This document shows, one piece after another, positions 1-49,991 of a DNA stretch of 64,000 nt. The DNA comes from Lama guanicoe (taxonomy: Eukaryota): NCBI GenBank assembly GCA_013239625.1, contig MU053933.1, positions 3,401,817-3,465,816 on the forward strand, read 5' to 3'. The notes beneath the pieces are model-generated. The model was not told the origin of the DNA, did no database searches, and saw only the letters and a program-made list of their open reading frames with translations. The position numbers and the translations under genes were made by a program. Numbering within the stretch: position 1 is the stretch's first letter; each line of letters starts with the position of its first letter.

Positions 1-3000
1 CCTGCCTACCATGCACTAGTTCAGCGAAGGGAGATGTGACCCACCTGCCTACCAACACTGGGAGCGGCACAGACCAGGGGCACAACCAGAGGGCCTCTGG
101 GACCAGTGAGTGAAGTTCTCACAGCAGGGAAAAGGCAGGATCGACAACAACCACAAAACACAAAGGAGGCCCCGTTCAATAGCCAGGGCAGGCTCTGGCT
201 ACCAGATCACCAGCTACACCCCCAACCAAAGGGATAACAGGCAAAAGGCAGGGAAGGAAGACTTGGCAACCATCCAAACTTAAGAAGGACCCCTCAACAA
301 AATGATTAAGAGTGAACAATCTCCATGGGAATACATCCACTTTTTTTCTTTTCTTTTTTCTTTTACTTTTTAAATTTTTACTTTTTAAAATTTTTTTCTA
401 TTTTTTAATCCCTTTAAATTTTTCTTTTAAAAACATTTTTATTATTTTTTTAATTTGTCTCAATTTGATCTTTATTTTTGTTTTGTTCTTCTGTTACTGT
501 TTACACTGTTTTCACATTTTTTTCCTCCTTTAAGTTTTATAAAATTTGCTCTCAACTCGATTTTTATTTCTCTTCAATTTGTTCTTCTGTTATTGATTAT
601 ACTGTTTTTAAATATTTTTTCTTTCTTTAAATTTTTTTTTTTTAGTTTTATTTCTGCATCCACTTTAGATAAATAAATAAATAAATAAACCCCTTAAGGA
701 CCACAGTAGATAACTGATACTCCATAAGCCATAGTATCAGAGAGATATAAGTAAAATGAAGCAGAGGAGCCACTCCCAATTAAAAGAACAAGAGAAATTC
801 CCTCAAAGAATGATCAATTAAGTAGACCTTGATAGCCTACTAGATCATGATTTCAAAAAAGCAGTGATCAAAATACTGAAGGAACTAAAAGAGACTGTAT
901 ATAGAGACAGATAATATGTCAAAAAGGAAATTGAAACTATAAAGAGGACCAATTAAAATTGGAAAACTTATTTGCTGAGATGAGAGCTGAGCTAAAGGCT
1001 GTAAATTGTAGGCTAGATAATGCAGAGGAACAAATAAGTGACTTAGAAGACAGGACAACAGAAATCACCCAATCAGAACAGCTGAGAGGAAAACAAAAAC
1101 CAATGAAAACAATATAAGGGACCTATGGGGTAATATAAAGTGTGCCAACCTAGGCATAATAGGGGTCCCAAAAGGATAAGAAAGAGCCAAACGGGACTGA
1201 AAAGGTATTTGAAGAAATCATGACTGAAAACTTCCCAAACCTAAAGAAGGAATCAGATATCCATGTACAGGAATCACAGAGGGTCCCAAACAAGAAGAAC
1301 CCAAACAAACCCATACCAACACATATTATACTCAGGACTGCCAGGGTTAAGGATAAAGAGATGATTCTAAAGGCAGCAAGAGAAAAACAAAGACTTAATT
1401 ACAAAAGAACCCTCATAAGGCTTTCAGGTGATTTCTCTACACAAATACTGCAGGCCAGAAGGGAGTGGCAAGATACATTCAAAGACCTGAATGAAAAAAA
1501 AGATGCAACCTAGGATACTTTATCCAGCAAGACTATCCTTTAGAATAGAAGGAGAGATAAAGAATTTCACAAAGAAAAACTAAAAGAATTTAGCAACACT
1601 AAACCTATGCTAAAGGAAATATTGAAAGTTCTACTCTAAACAGAAAAGAAGCAGGATGCTACAGAAAGGAGAAAACCATGATTAGAAAGGCGATGACTAC
1701 AATAAATTACAACAGAATAAATATGAAATTGTAAAAGAAGACATCGAAATCACTAAGGGTGGGAGAGGGGAGCAAGAAAATATAATGGAGTTTTTTTTTC
1801 TTTTTTTCTTTTTTCTTTTTGTTCTTGGTAGGATGGGTTTGAGTTTATATTACTATCTGTTTAAAACAAACAGATATAGTAATGGGTTAATATATGTACA
1901 AAACAGGGTAACCACAAACCGAAAGCTTACAATACAGTTACAAGCACTAAAAATAAGCCACGATAATACAAAGGAAAATTATGAAGCCACAAAAAGAAAA
2001 TGAAAGGAACAAAGAAGAAATACCAAATCAACTGCAAAACCAAGTTCAAAATGAAAATAAACACACATCTATCAATAGTTACTGTAAATGCCAATGAACT
2101 AAATGCTCCAACCAAAAGACATAGAGTGGAAGACTGGATAATAAAACAAGAACCTACAATGTGCTGCATACAAGAAACCCACTTTAGGAAGAAGGACACA
2201 CACAGATTTAGAGTAAGATGATGGAAAAAGATATTCCACACAAATGGAAATGACAAGAAAGCAGGAGTAGCAATACTGATTTCAAACAAAGTAGACTTTA
2301 AAATATAGGCCATAAAGAGAGAGAAAGAAGGCCATTTTATAATGATTAAAGTAGCAATACAAGATGAGGATATTACACTCATTAACATATGCACCCAATA
2401 TAGGAGCAGCTAAACAAATACATAAAGCAAATACTAACAGATATAAAGGGAGAAACTGATGGGAATACAATCATTGTAGGAGACTTTTAACACCCCATTA
2501 ACATCGCTGGACAGATCTTCCAGACAAAATTAATAAGACAACAGAGAAATTAAATGATACAATAGAACAATTAGATTTTGTTGATATTTTCAGAACACTA
2601 CATCCTCCCACAATAGAATATACATTTTTTTCAAGTGCACATGGAATATTTTCTAAGATAGATCATGTAGTCAGGCACAAAAGAAGCCTCAACAATTTTA
2701 AGAAGATAGAAATTATTTCAAACATTTTTTCTGACCACAATGCCATGAAACTAGAAATCAAGTATAGAAAAACAAAGGAGAAAAAAATGACAGCATGGAG
2801 GTTAAACAACATGCTACTAGAAGTCAATGATGAAATCAAAGAAATTAAAAAATACTTTGAGACAAATGACAATGAAAACACAACCACACACAGTCTATGG
2901 GGTGCAGCAAAGGCAGTGCTAAGGAAGTTTATAGTGATACAGGCTTTCCTCAAAAAAAGAACAATCTCAAATAAACAATCTAACCTACCAGCTAAAAGAA

Positions 3001-3228
3001 TTAGAAAAAGAGGAGCAAAACAAAAAAAAAGTCGTCAGCAGAAGGAAGGAAATAATAAAGATCAGGGAGGAAATAAATAAAATAGAGAGTAAAAAAACAA
3101 TAGAAAAAATCAATCAAACCAAGAGCTGATTTTTTGAAAGAGTAAACAAAATTGACAAGCCTCTGGCCAAGCCCACAAGGAAGAGAAAAGAGAGAGCAAA
3201 AATAAACAAAATAAGAAAGGAAAATGGA
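1..3228 (+). mobile_element. LINE-1, 5' part (5'UTR, ORF1 ~756-1640, ORF2 endonuclease from ~2051), decayed
   Basis: ORF1 peptide MTENFPNL...ARREWQDTF; EN peptide LNAPTKRHRVEDWI...CCIQETH and SDHN motif; frameshifts and stops. Confidence 0.93.
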
Positions 3229-5460
3229 TTTCCAGTCAAGATGCTGGAGTGGTAGGATGATGAGCTTGCCTCTCCTTGTGACTACAACAAAACCACAACT
3301 GAATGCTAAACAACCATCAGAAAAAGACTGGAACCTAGCAAAAAACATCTTTGCAACTGGAAACAAAAAGGGAACCACAGCAGGATGATAGGAGGGGCAT
3401 GCTCGCGATATAATTGGGCCGCATACCCCTCAGGTGGGCAACCCACAAGCTGAAGGTTTGTTAAGTCGCAGAGGCCCTTCCACAGGAGTGAGAGCTGTAA
3501 GCCCCATGTCAGGCTCCCAAGCCCGGGTTCCAGCATTGGGAAGAGGAGACCCCCCCAGGACATCTGGTTTTGAAGTCCAGGGGGGGCTTGGCTCTGGGAG
3601 CCTCACGGGACTGGGGGAAATGGAGACTCTATTTGCTTGGGAAACGTACACAGAAACTCACGTGCACCAGGTCCAAGGGCAGAGGCAGTGATTTCATAGG
3701 AACCTGAGCCAGGCCTGCCTGCTGGATTTGGAGGGTCTCTTGGGGATGTGGGGGATGGCTGCGGCTCACTCAGGGGACATAAAAGCTGGTGGTGGACATT
3801 CCGGGAGTGTTAATCTACATGAACTTTCCTGGAGGCTGACATCTTGATTGGATCATCAGCACCAAGACCTAGCCCCACCCAACAGCCTATAGGGAAGCCT
3901 CAGGCCAAACACAGCCCCACCCATCAGCAGACTTCCCAAGCCACAAAGGCCTCTAGACTCGGCCCTACCCACAAGAGGTCCAGGACCAAGCTTCACCCAG
4001 CAGTGGGCAGGCACTGGTTCCTCCTGTCAGGAAACCTGCATAAGCCTCTAGTCCAGCCTCATCCACCAGGGGCAGATACTAGAAATAAGAAAACAATAAT
4101 CCCAAAGCCAGTGGAAGGAAATCCACAAATACACAGAAAGATAGACAATATGAGGTGGCAAAGGAATATCTCACAGGCCAAGGCACAAGATAAAATCCCA
4201 GAAGAAGAAATAAGTGATGAGGAGATAGGTAATTTATCTGAGAAAGAGTTTAATGATGGCCAAGATGTTCAGAGAACTCAAGAGGAGTATAGATGCACAA
4301 AGTTTTAGCAAAGAGTTGGAAAATAAAAAGAATATCCAGAGTTGAAGAATAAAATCACTGAAATGGACAATACACCAGAAGGAACCAAGAACAGACTAAA
4401 TGAGGCAGAAGAACAGATCAGTGAGCTAGAAGACAGATTAGTGGAAATCACTACTTCAGAACAGAAAAAAGAAAAAAGAATAAAAAGGAATGAAGGTAAC
4501 TCTGGGACAACATGAAGCACACTAATATTCGCATTATAGGTGTTCCAGGAAGAAGAGAGAGAAAGGGCCTGAGAAAATTTTTGGAGAGATAATCACTGGA
4601 AAATTCCCCAACTTGGGAAAGGAAACAGTCACCCAAGTCCAGGATGCAAAGAGAGTTCCACACTGGATCAGCTCAAAGAGGAGCACACCAGAGCACACAG
4701 TCATCAAATTGACAACAATTAAGGATAAGGAGAAAATATTTAAAATTAGCAAGAGAAAAGCAACGAACAACATAGAAGGGAACTCCCACAAGGTTATCAG
4801 CTGATTTTCCAGCAGAAACTCTGCAGGCCAGAAGGGAGTGGCACGGTATATTTAAAGTGATGCAAGGGGGAAACCTACAGCCAAGAACACTCTGTCCAGC
4901 AAGGCTCTCCTTCAGACTTGAGGGAGAAATCAAAAGCTTCACAGATAAACAAAAGCTACAAGATTTCAGCACCACCAAGCCAGACAGCTTTACAAAATGT
5001 TGAAGGACCTTCTCTAAGTCATCAAACCACAAGAAAAGAGAACAGAAAGAAGAAAGAGAAAAAAAAAAGAGATCAACATAAGATTGCTTTGGCTGTTGGG
5101 GGTCTTTTGTGGTTCCTTTTAAATTCTGGAATTGTTTGTTCTAGTTCTGCAAGGAGTGTCGTGAGTATTTTGGTGGGGGTTGTGTTGGATCTGTGGATTG
5201 CTTTGGGTAGTGTGGCCATTTTGATAGTATTGGTTCTTCCAATCCAAGAGCACAAGAAAGCTTTCCATTTCTTTGTGTCATCCCAGTTTTCAGAGTATAG
5301 GTAGCCTCCTTGTTTAAGTTTATATCTACACATTTTGTTGTTTTTGATGTAATGGAAATGTCTCTGCAAGTTATAAAATTCTGCTTTTTGAAGTGAAAAA
5401 AAAAAGTGAAGGGCCACGAATGGCAAAATATCTTTCTTTTTTATGAGTGAGTTGTATTCC

Positions 5461-5503
<43 letters not shown>

Positions 5504-6274
5504 CATCTTCATTATCTATTCAACAATTGATGTGCACTTAGGATGCTTACATATCTTGGCAATTATAAATAGTTAATAATTAATAGCTGTTAATAGCAGG
5601 GTGTGTGTATCTTTTTGAATTCTTATTTTGTGGTTGGCTTTATTCCTTTGATAACTATGTAAGTTTAAAAAGCTAAAGCTCTAAATTTTCTTAGAAACAA
5701 TAAACAGTACATATACATAAATTTAAAAATATATGTGCAGTTAAAAAAAAAAAAGATCTAGCAAGCCATGAAAGACATGGAAGAAACTTAAAAAACGTAT
5801 TACTAAACAAAAGAAGCCAGTCTGGAAAGGCTACAAACTGTACAATTCCAGCCAAATGACATACTGGAAAAGGCACAGTTACAGAAACAATAAAAAGATC
5901 GTGGTTTTCAAGGGTTTGGGGAGATGGAGGGAGGCAGGAATGAACAGATGGGGCACAGGGGATTTTTAGGGCAATGAAATTATTGTTTGATACTATAGTA
6001 GTGGATACATGTCATTACGCATTTGTCAAAAGCCATAGAATGTACAACATCAAGAGTGAACCCTAATGTAAACTATGGACTTTGGTTGATAATAATGTGC
6101 CAAATGTTGGTTCATCAACTGTACCAAATATGCCACACTGATGAGGGATATTGAGGGTAGGGCAGTAGGTATGTGTGGGTGGGGAGGGTTATGGGTGAAC
6201 TCTCTATATTTTCTACTCAATTCTGCTGTGAACCTGAAACTGATCTAAAAGAATAGTCTATTTTTAAAAAAAGA
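3229..6274 (+). mobile_element. Nested composite retro-insertion (L1-type 5'UTR + ORF1, inverted L1 pieces, older L1 3' end)
   Basis: Flanked by exact repeat AAGAAAGGAAAATGGA (3213-3228 and 6275-6290); ORF1-like 4150-5017; minus-strand ORF2 peptide MATLPKAIHRS at ~5073-5340. Confidence 0.85.
5464..5499. repeat. (CA)n microsatellite
   Basis: About 18 AC units. Confidence 0.95.
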
Positions 6275-9220
6275 AAGAAAGGAAAATGGAGAAATTATAA
6301 CCAATACCACAGAAATACAAATTATCATATGAGAATACTACCAACAACTATATGAAAACAAAATGGATAACCTAGAAGAAATGGACAAGTTTCTGGAAAC
6401 ATACAGTCCACCAAGACTAAATCAAGAAGAAACTGACCACATGAACAAACCAATCATTAGAAATGAAATCAAATTAGCAGTAAAACACCTCCCTACAAAC
6501 AAAAAGTCCAGGACCAAATGGCTTCACTGGGGAATTCTTTCAAGCATACAAAGAATAAATCATACCAGTCCTTCTCAAATTCTTCCAGAAGACTGAAAAG
6601 GAGGGAGTACTCAGAAACTCATTCTATGGAACCACCATCACCCTGATACCAAAATCAGACAAAGACACTACCAAAAAAGAAAATTACAGACCAGTATCAC
6701 TGATGAACACAGATGCAAAAATCCTCAACAAAATATTAGCAAACATAATCCAACAGCACATAAAAAAGATCATACATCATGATCAAGTTGGGTTCATCCC
6801 AGGAACATGGGATGGTTCAACACATGCAAATCTATCAATGTAATACACCACGTCAACAAGAGAAAGGACAAAAACCATATGATCAACTCAAAAGATGCAG
6901 AAAAAGCATCTGATAAAATTCAACACCCATTTAGGATTTAAAAAACCCTCACCAAAGTGGGTATAGAGGGAACATATCTCAATATAATAAAAGCTATCTA
7001 TGACAAACCTACAGCCAGCATAGTACTCAACAGTGAAAAACTGAAAACCATGCCACTAAAATCCGGGACAAGACAAGGTTGTCCACTCTCACCATTTCTA
7101 TTCAACACACTCTTGGAAGTCCTAGCCACAGCAATCAGGCAAGAAAAAGAAATAAAAGGGATCTAAATTGGAAAAGAAGAGGTGACATTATCACTATATG
7201 CAGATGATATGATATTATATATAGAAAACCCTAAAAGCTCCACGCAAAAACTACTAGAACTAATAAAAAAAATTCAGCAAGGCAGCAGGTATACAAGATT
7301 GATGTATAAAAATCAGCTGCATTTCTATACACTAACAATGAATCAACAGGAAAAGAAAGCAAAGAAACAATCCCTTTTAAAATAGCACCCAAAGTAATAA
7401 AATAACTAGGAATAATTCTGACCAAGAAGGTGAAAGACTTATACATGGAGAACTACAAAAGATTAAGGAAATTAAAGAAGACTAAAAAATGGAGAGATAT
7501 CCCATGCTCCTGGATTGGAAGAATCAATATTGTTAAAATGCCCAAGACAATCTACAGATTTAATGTGATCCCTATCAAATTACCCAGGACATATTTCACA
7601 GAACTAAATGAAATCACAATTTCTTTATATGGAACCACAAAAGACCAGAGTTGCCAAAGCATTACTGAGGAAAAAGAAAGAGGCTGGAGGAATAACCCTC
7701 CCAGACTTCAGACAATACTACAGAGCTACAGTAATCAAAACAGCATGGTATTGGTATAAAAACAAACATATTGATCAATGGAACAGAATACACGAGCCCA
7801 GAAATGAACTCACAAACTTCTGGTCAATTAATCTTTGACAAAGGAGGCAGGAAGATACAATGGAATAAAGATAGTCTCTTCAGCAAATGGTGTTAGGAAA
7901 ACTGGACAGCAGCATGTAAATCAATGAAGTTAGAATACTCCCTCACACCATACACAAAAATAAACTCAAAATGGATCAAAGACTTAAACATAAGACAAGA
8001 TACAATAAACCTCCTAGAGGAAAATATAGGCAAAACATTATCTGACATACATCTCAAAAATTTTCTCCTAGAAGAAATAAAAGCAAGAATAAACAAATGG
8101 GACCTAATGAAACTTACAAGCTTCTACACAGCAAAGGAAACCATAAGCAAAACAAAAAGACAACCTACAGAATGGGAGAAAATATTTGCAAACGATGAGA
8201 CTGACAAGGGCTTGATCTCCAGAATATATAAACAGCTTATACCACTTAGTAAGAAAAAAACAAACCCAATTCAAAAATGGGTAGAAGACCTAAACGAGCA
8301 ATTCTCCAGTGAAGACATATAAATGGCCAATAGGCACATGGAAAAATGCTCAATATCACTAATTATCAGAGAAGTACAAAATAAAACTACAATGAGGTTA
8401 TCACCTCACACCAGTCAGAATGACCATCATTCAGAAGTCGACAAATGATAAATGCTCGAGAGAATGTGGAGAAAAGGGAACCCTCTTACCCTGCTGGCGG
8501 GAAGGCAGTTTAGTGCAGCCATTATGGAGAACAGTATGGAGATTCCTCAAAAGACTAAAAATAGACACCATATGACCCAGCAATCCCACTTCTGGACATA
8601 TATCCAGAAGGAACCCTAATTCAAAAAGACATCTGCACCCCAATGTTCATAGCAGCACTATTTCCAATAGCCAAGACATGGAAACAACCTAAATGTCCAT
8701 CAACAGATGACTGGACAAAAAGTTGTGGTATATTTATACAATGGAATACTATTCAGCCATAAAAATGACAACATAATGCCATTTGCAGCAACATGGATGT
8801 CCCTGGAAAATGTCATTCTAAGTGAAGCCAGAAAGAGAAAGAAAAATACCATATGAGATCGCCAATATGTGGAATCTAAAAAAAAAAAAGAGGACAAATG
8901 AACTTATATATAAAAAAAAAAAAAACCAGAAACACTCACAGACATAGAATACAGACTTGGGGTTGCCAGGGGAGAGGGGGGGGGGAAGGGATAAACTGGG
9001 AGTTCAAGATTTGCAGATACTGACAGGTATATATAAAATAGATAAACAAGTTTACACTGTATAGCACAGGGAAATATATTCAGTATCTTGTAGTAGCTTG
9101 CAGTGAAAACGAATTTGAAAATGAATATATGTATATTCATGCATGACTGAAGGATTGTGCTGTACACCAGAAACTGACAACACTGTAAACTGACTATAAC
9201 TCAAAAATAAATAAATAAAT
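6275..9220 (+). mobile_element. LINE-1, 3' part (ORF2 RT, 3'UTR, A-rich tail)
   Basis: [28 protein letters not shown] at 7197-7208, HIDQWNRI; G-tract ~8968-8990; (TAAA)n tail ~9203-9220. Confidence 0.95.
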
Positions 9221-9359
9221 GTTACACACAGAAACACGAGTTGGCAGACATCAGTCAGAAGAGGTCATGACAACAGGTAAGAGTATCAAAGACATTACAC
9301 AGTAGGAAACAGCCTTTCATTCTGGAAACTGAGGAAGATCTCACTAGATATTCCAGTGG

Positions 9360-9365
9360 TTTATT
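9360..9365 (-). terminator. MCM3AP polyadenylation signal AATAAA
   Basis: tttatt on the plus strand, about 110 nt past the stop codon. Confidence 0.75.
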
Positions 9366-9472
9366 TTGCATGATTAATAATCGTATTTCCAACATGCATC
9401 AAGCATCTGAGAATAACATTATTTTGAGTAAAAGAAAATCTTCTGGGGAGACCCTCCCTCTCTCACAGCAGC

Positions 9473-48520
<39,048 letters not shown>

Positions 48521-49319
48521 CTTCTGACCCAATCACTGAAAGGTAATAAATACTATCCGTACAAAAGCAGTCGTCTTCCTCAAACAGTCTGTTCAGCTAG
48601 GGAGCTCCCCTTCATCTTCACAATAAGCTGAAAGACAAAAACGCAGACTATCCATCACAGCGATGTCCTGCTGGAAGACTAAGAAAAGAATTTTAAATCA
48701 CATGTAAGGCAAAACAAAGGGTTAAGTATTCTCGTTTTCTGAAGAGCCGATTGGTTCCTTTTTTTTCTTTCTTTTTTTTTTGGAGTTGGGGGTAGAAGTT
48801 AGTACAAACAATTATTTTGTTATAGAGATTTAAAGCATGATCCTTTAAGACTAAAACAAAACAAAACAAAACACTTTACCGAATCGGTAAATTCACAGGA
48901 GACCTCAAACAGGACTTAAGAAAACGAATGGCGTACAATTTTCGACTGAACGAGGAGTGTCTTCTGAGTTCTTCGACCTCCACAGCCAGAGAACTACAAT
49001 GTAACACTGTTAAAACATCAGTGTTTCAGTGTTTCCGCCCCTCTAATTTTTCTCCCGGTAACCAGGGCACGGAACACTCTTGCCAGACAAAGAAATCACT
49101 TCCGTTTCAACACGGCGGCGATGACCCCCCCCAAACTGGCTCAGAGGACAAGCGCGCTCACGCAGAGAGGCCGCCCCCCAGGCCGCAGGGCGGCAGGGAC
49201 GCGGGCGCAGCGCCGCCCAAACCGTGGGCCGCCCGCGCGCGCCGCGGCCGCCCGCGCCCCCGCCCAGCTCCGCTAGCGACACGGGCGCCGAGGCGGGGAA
49301 GGCCCCGCGCCGTGCTCAC

Positions 49320-49430
49320 CGTTCGGCTCAGAGACGCCGCCGCCCGCCGGGCCCGGGCCCGAGCCGCACGCAAGGACCGCGGTAGCCGGAGGCAGCGCTG
49401 AGCAGCGCGGCGCGGGCAGAAAACTCGGCG
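49320..49430 (-). other. MCM3AP: Probable non-coding first exon of MCM3AP (5' end approximate)
   Basis: Strong minus-strand donor ACG|GTGAGC at 49319 inside the CpG island; matching acceptors at 48628 and 48536 upstream of the ATG. Confidence 0.55.
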
Positions 49431-49781
49431 GACGCACTGCCGGCCCGTCCCGCCTGGGCCCCTCGCGCGCGAGTTCCGCTCTCCAGCCGAGCGGCGGCGC
49501 GGCGGCGGGGCTTCCGGTGCGCGGCGGCGGGGCTTCCGGTGCGCAGCGCCCAGTTCCGCGTCCGCCCGCTTCCGGCCGGGCCGCCCCGCCCGTGCCCGTC
49601 CGCGCGCCCGACTCTGGCCGCTCCCCCTCCCTTCGTCCCTACGTCTCCCCGGGGTGACGGGCAAAGCCGTCTGTTTGCAGCGGGCCCCGCCGGGCGGGCG
49701 ACGGCCGTCGTCGCGCGGCCACAGGGTTCGTCGCCGCGCCCGGGCCGACGAGGCCCGTGCGGGGCGGGCCGCCCGGGCGGC

Positions 49782-49991
49782 ATGAGCCTGGTGCTGAGGG
49801 ACCTGCAGCGGGCCGTGCCGCTCCGCCGGGCGCCGCTGCGCGGGCGGCTGCAGGCGCTCAGGAGCGTCCTGGGCGTGCGGCGCTTCGACCTGGGCGTCGT
49901 CTGCGTGGACAACGAGCGCATGCGGCGGGTTAACCGGCTCTACCGGCGGAAGGACGTCCCGACCGACGTGCTCGCGTTCCCGTTTCACGAG
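49782..49991 (+). CDS. YBEY: YBEY coding exon 1
   Basis: [16 protein letters not shown]...PFHE|gtgagg; upstream acceptor tttgcag ending at 49680. Confidence 0.93.

Noticed and set aside
312..676. Hydrophobic Phe/Leu-rich ORFs resembling membrane proteins
   Set aside because: Translation of a T-rich low-complexity tract in the L1 5'UTR
6363..8322. Reverse-transcriptase ORFs with YADD as a novel RT system or active element
   Set aside because: Ordinary LINE-1 ORF2 broken by many stops and frameshifts and by a nested insertion
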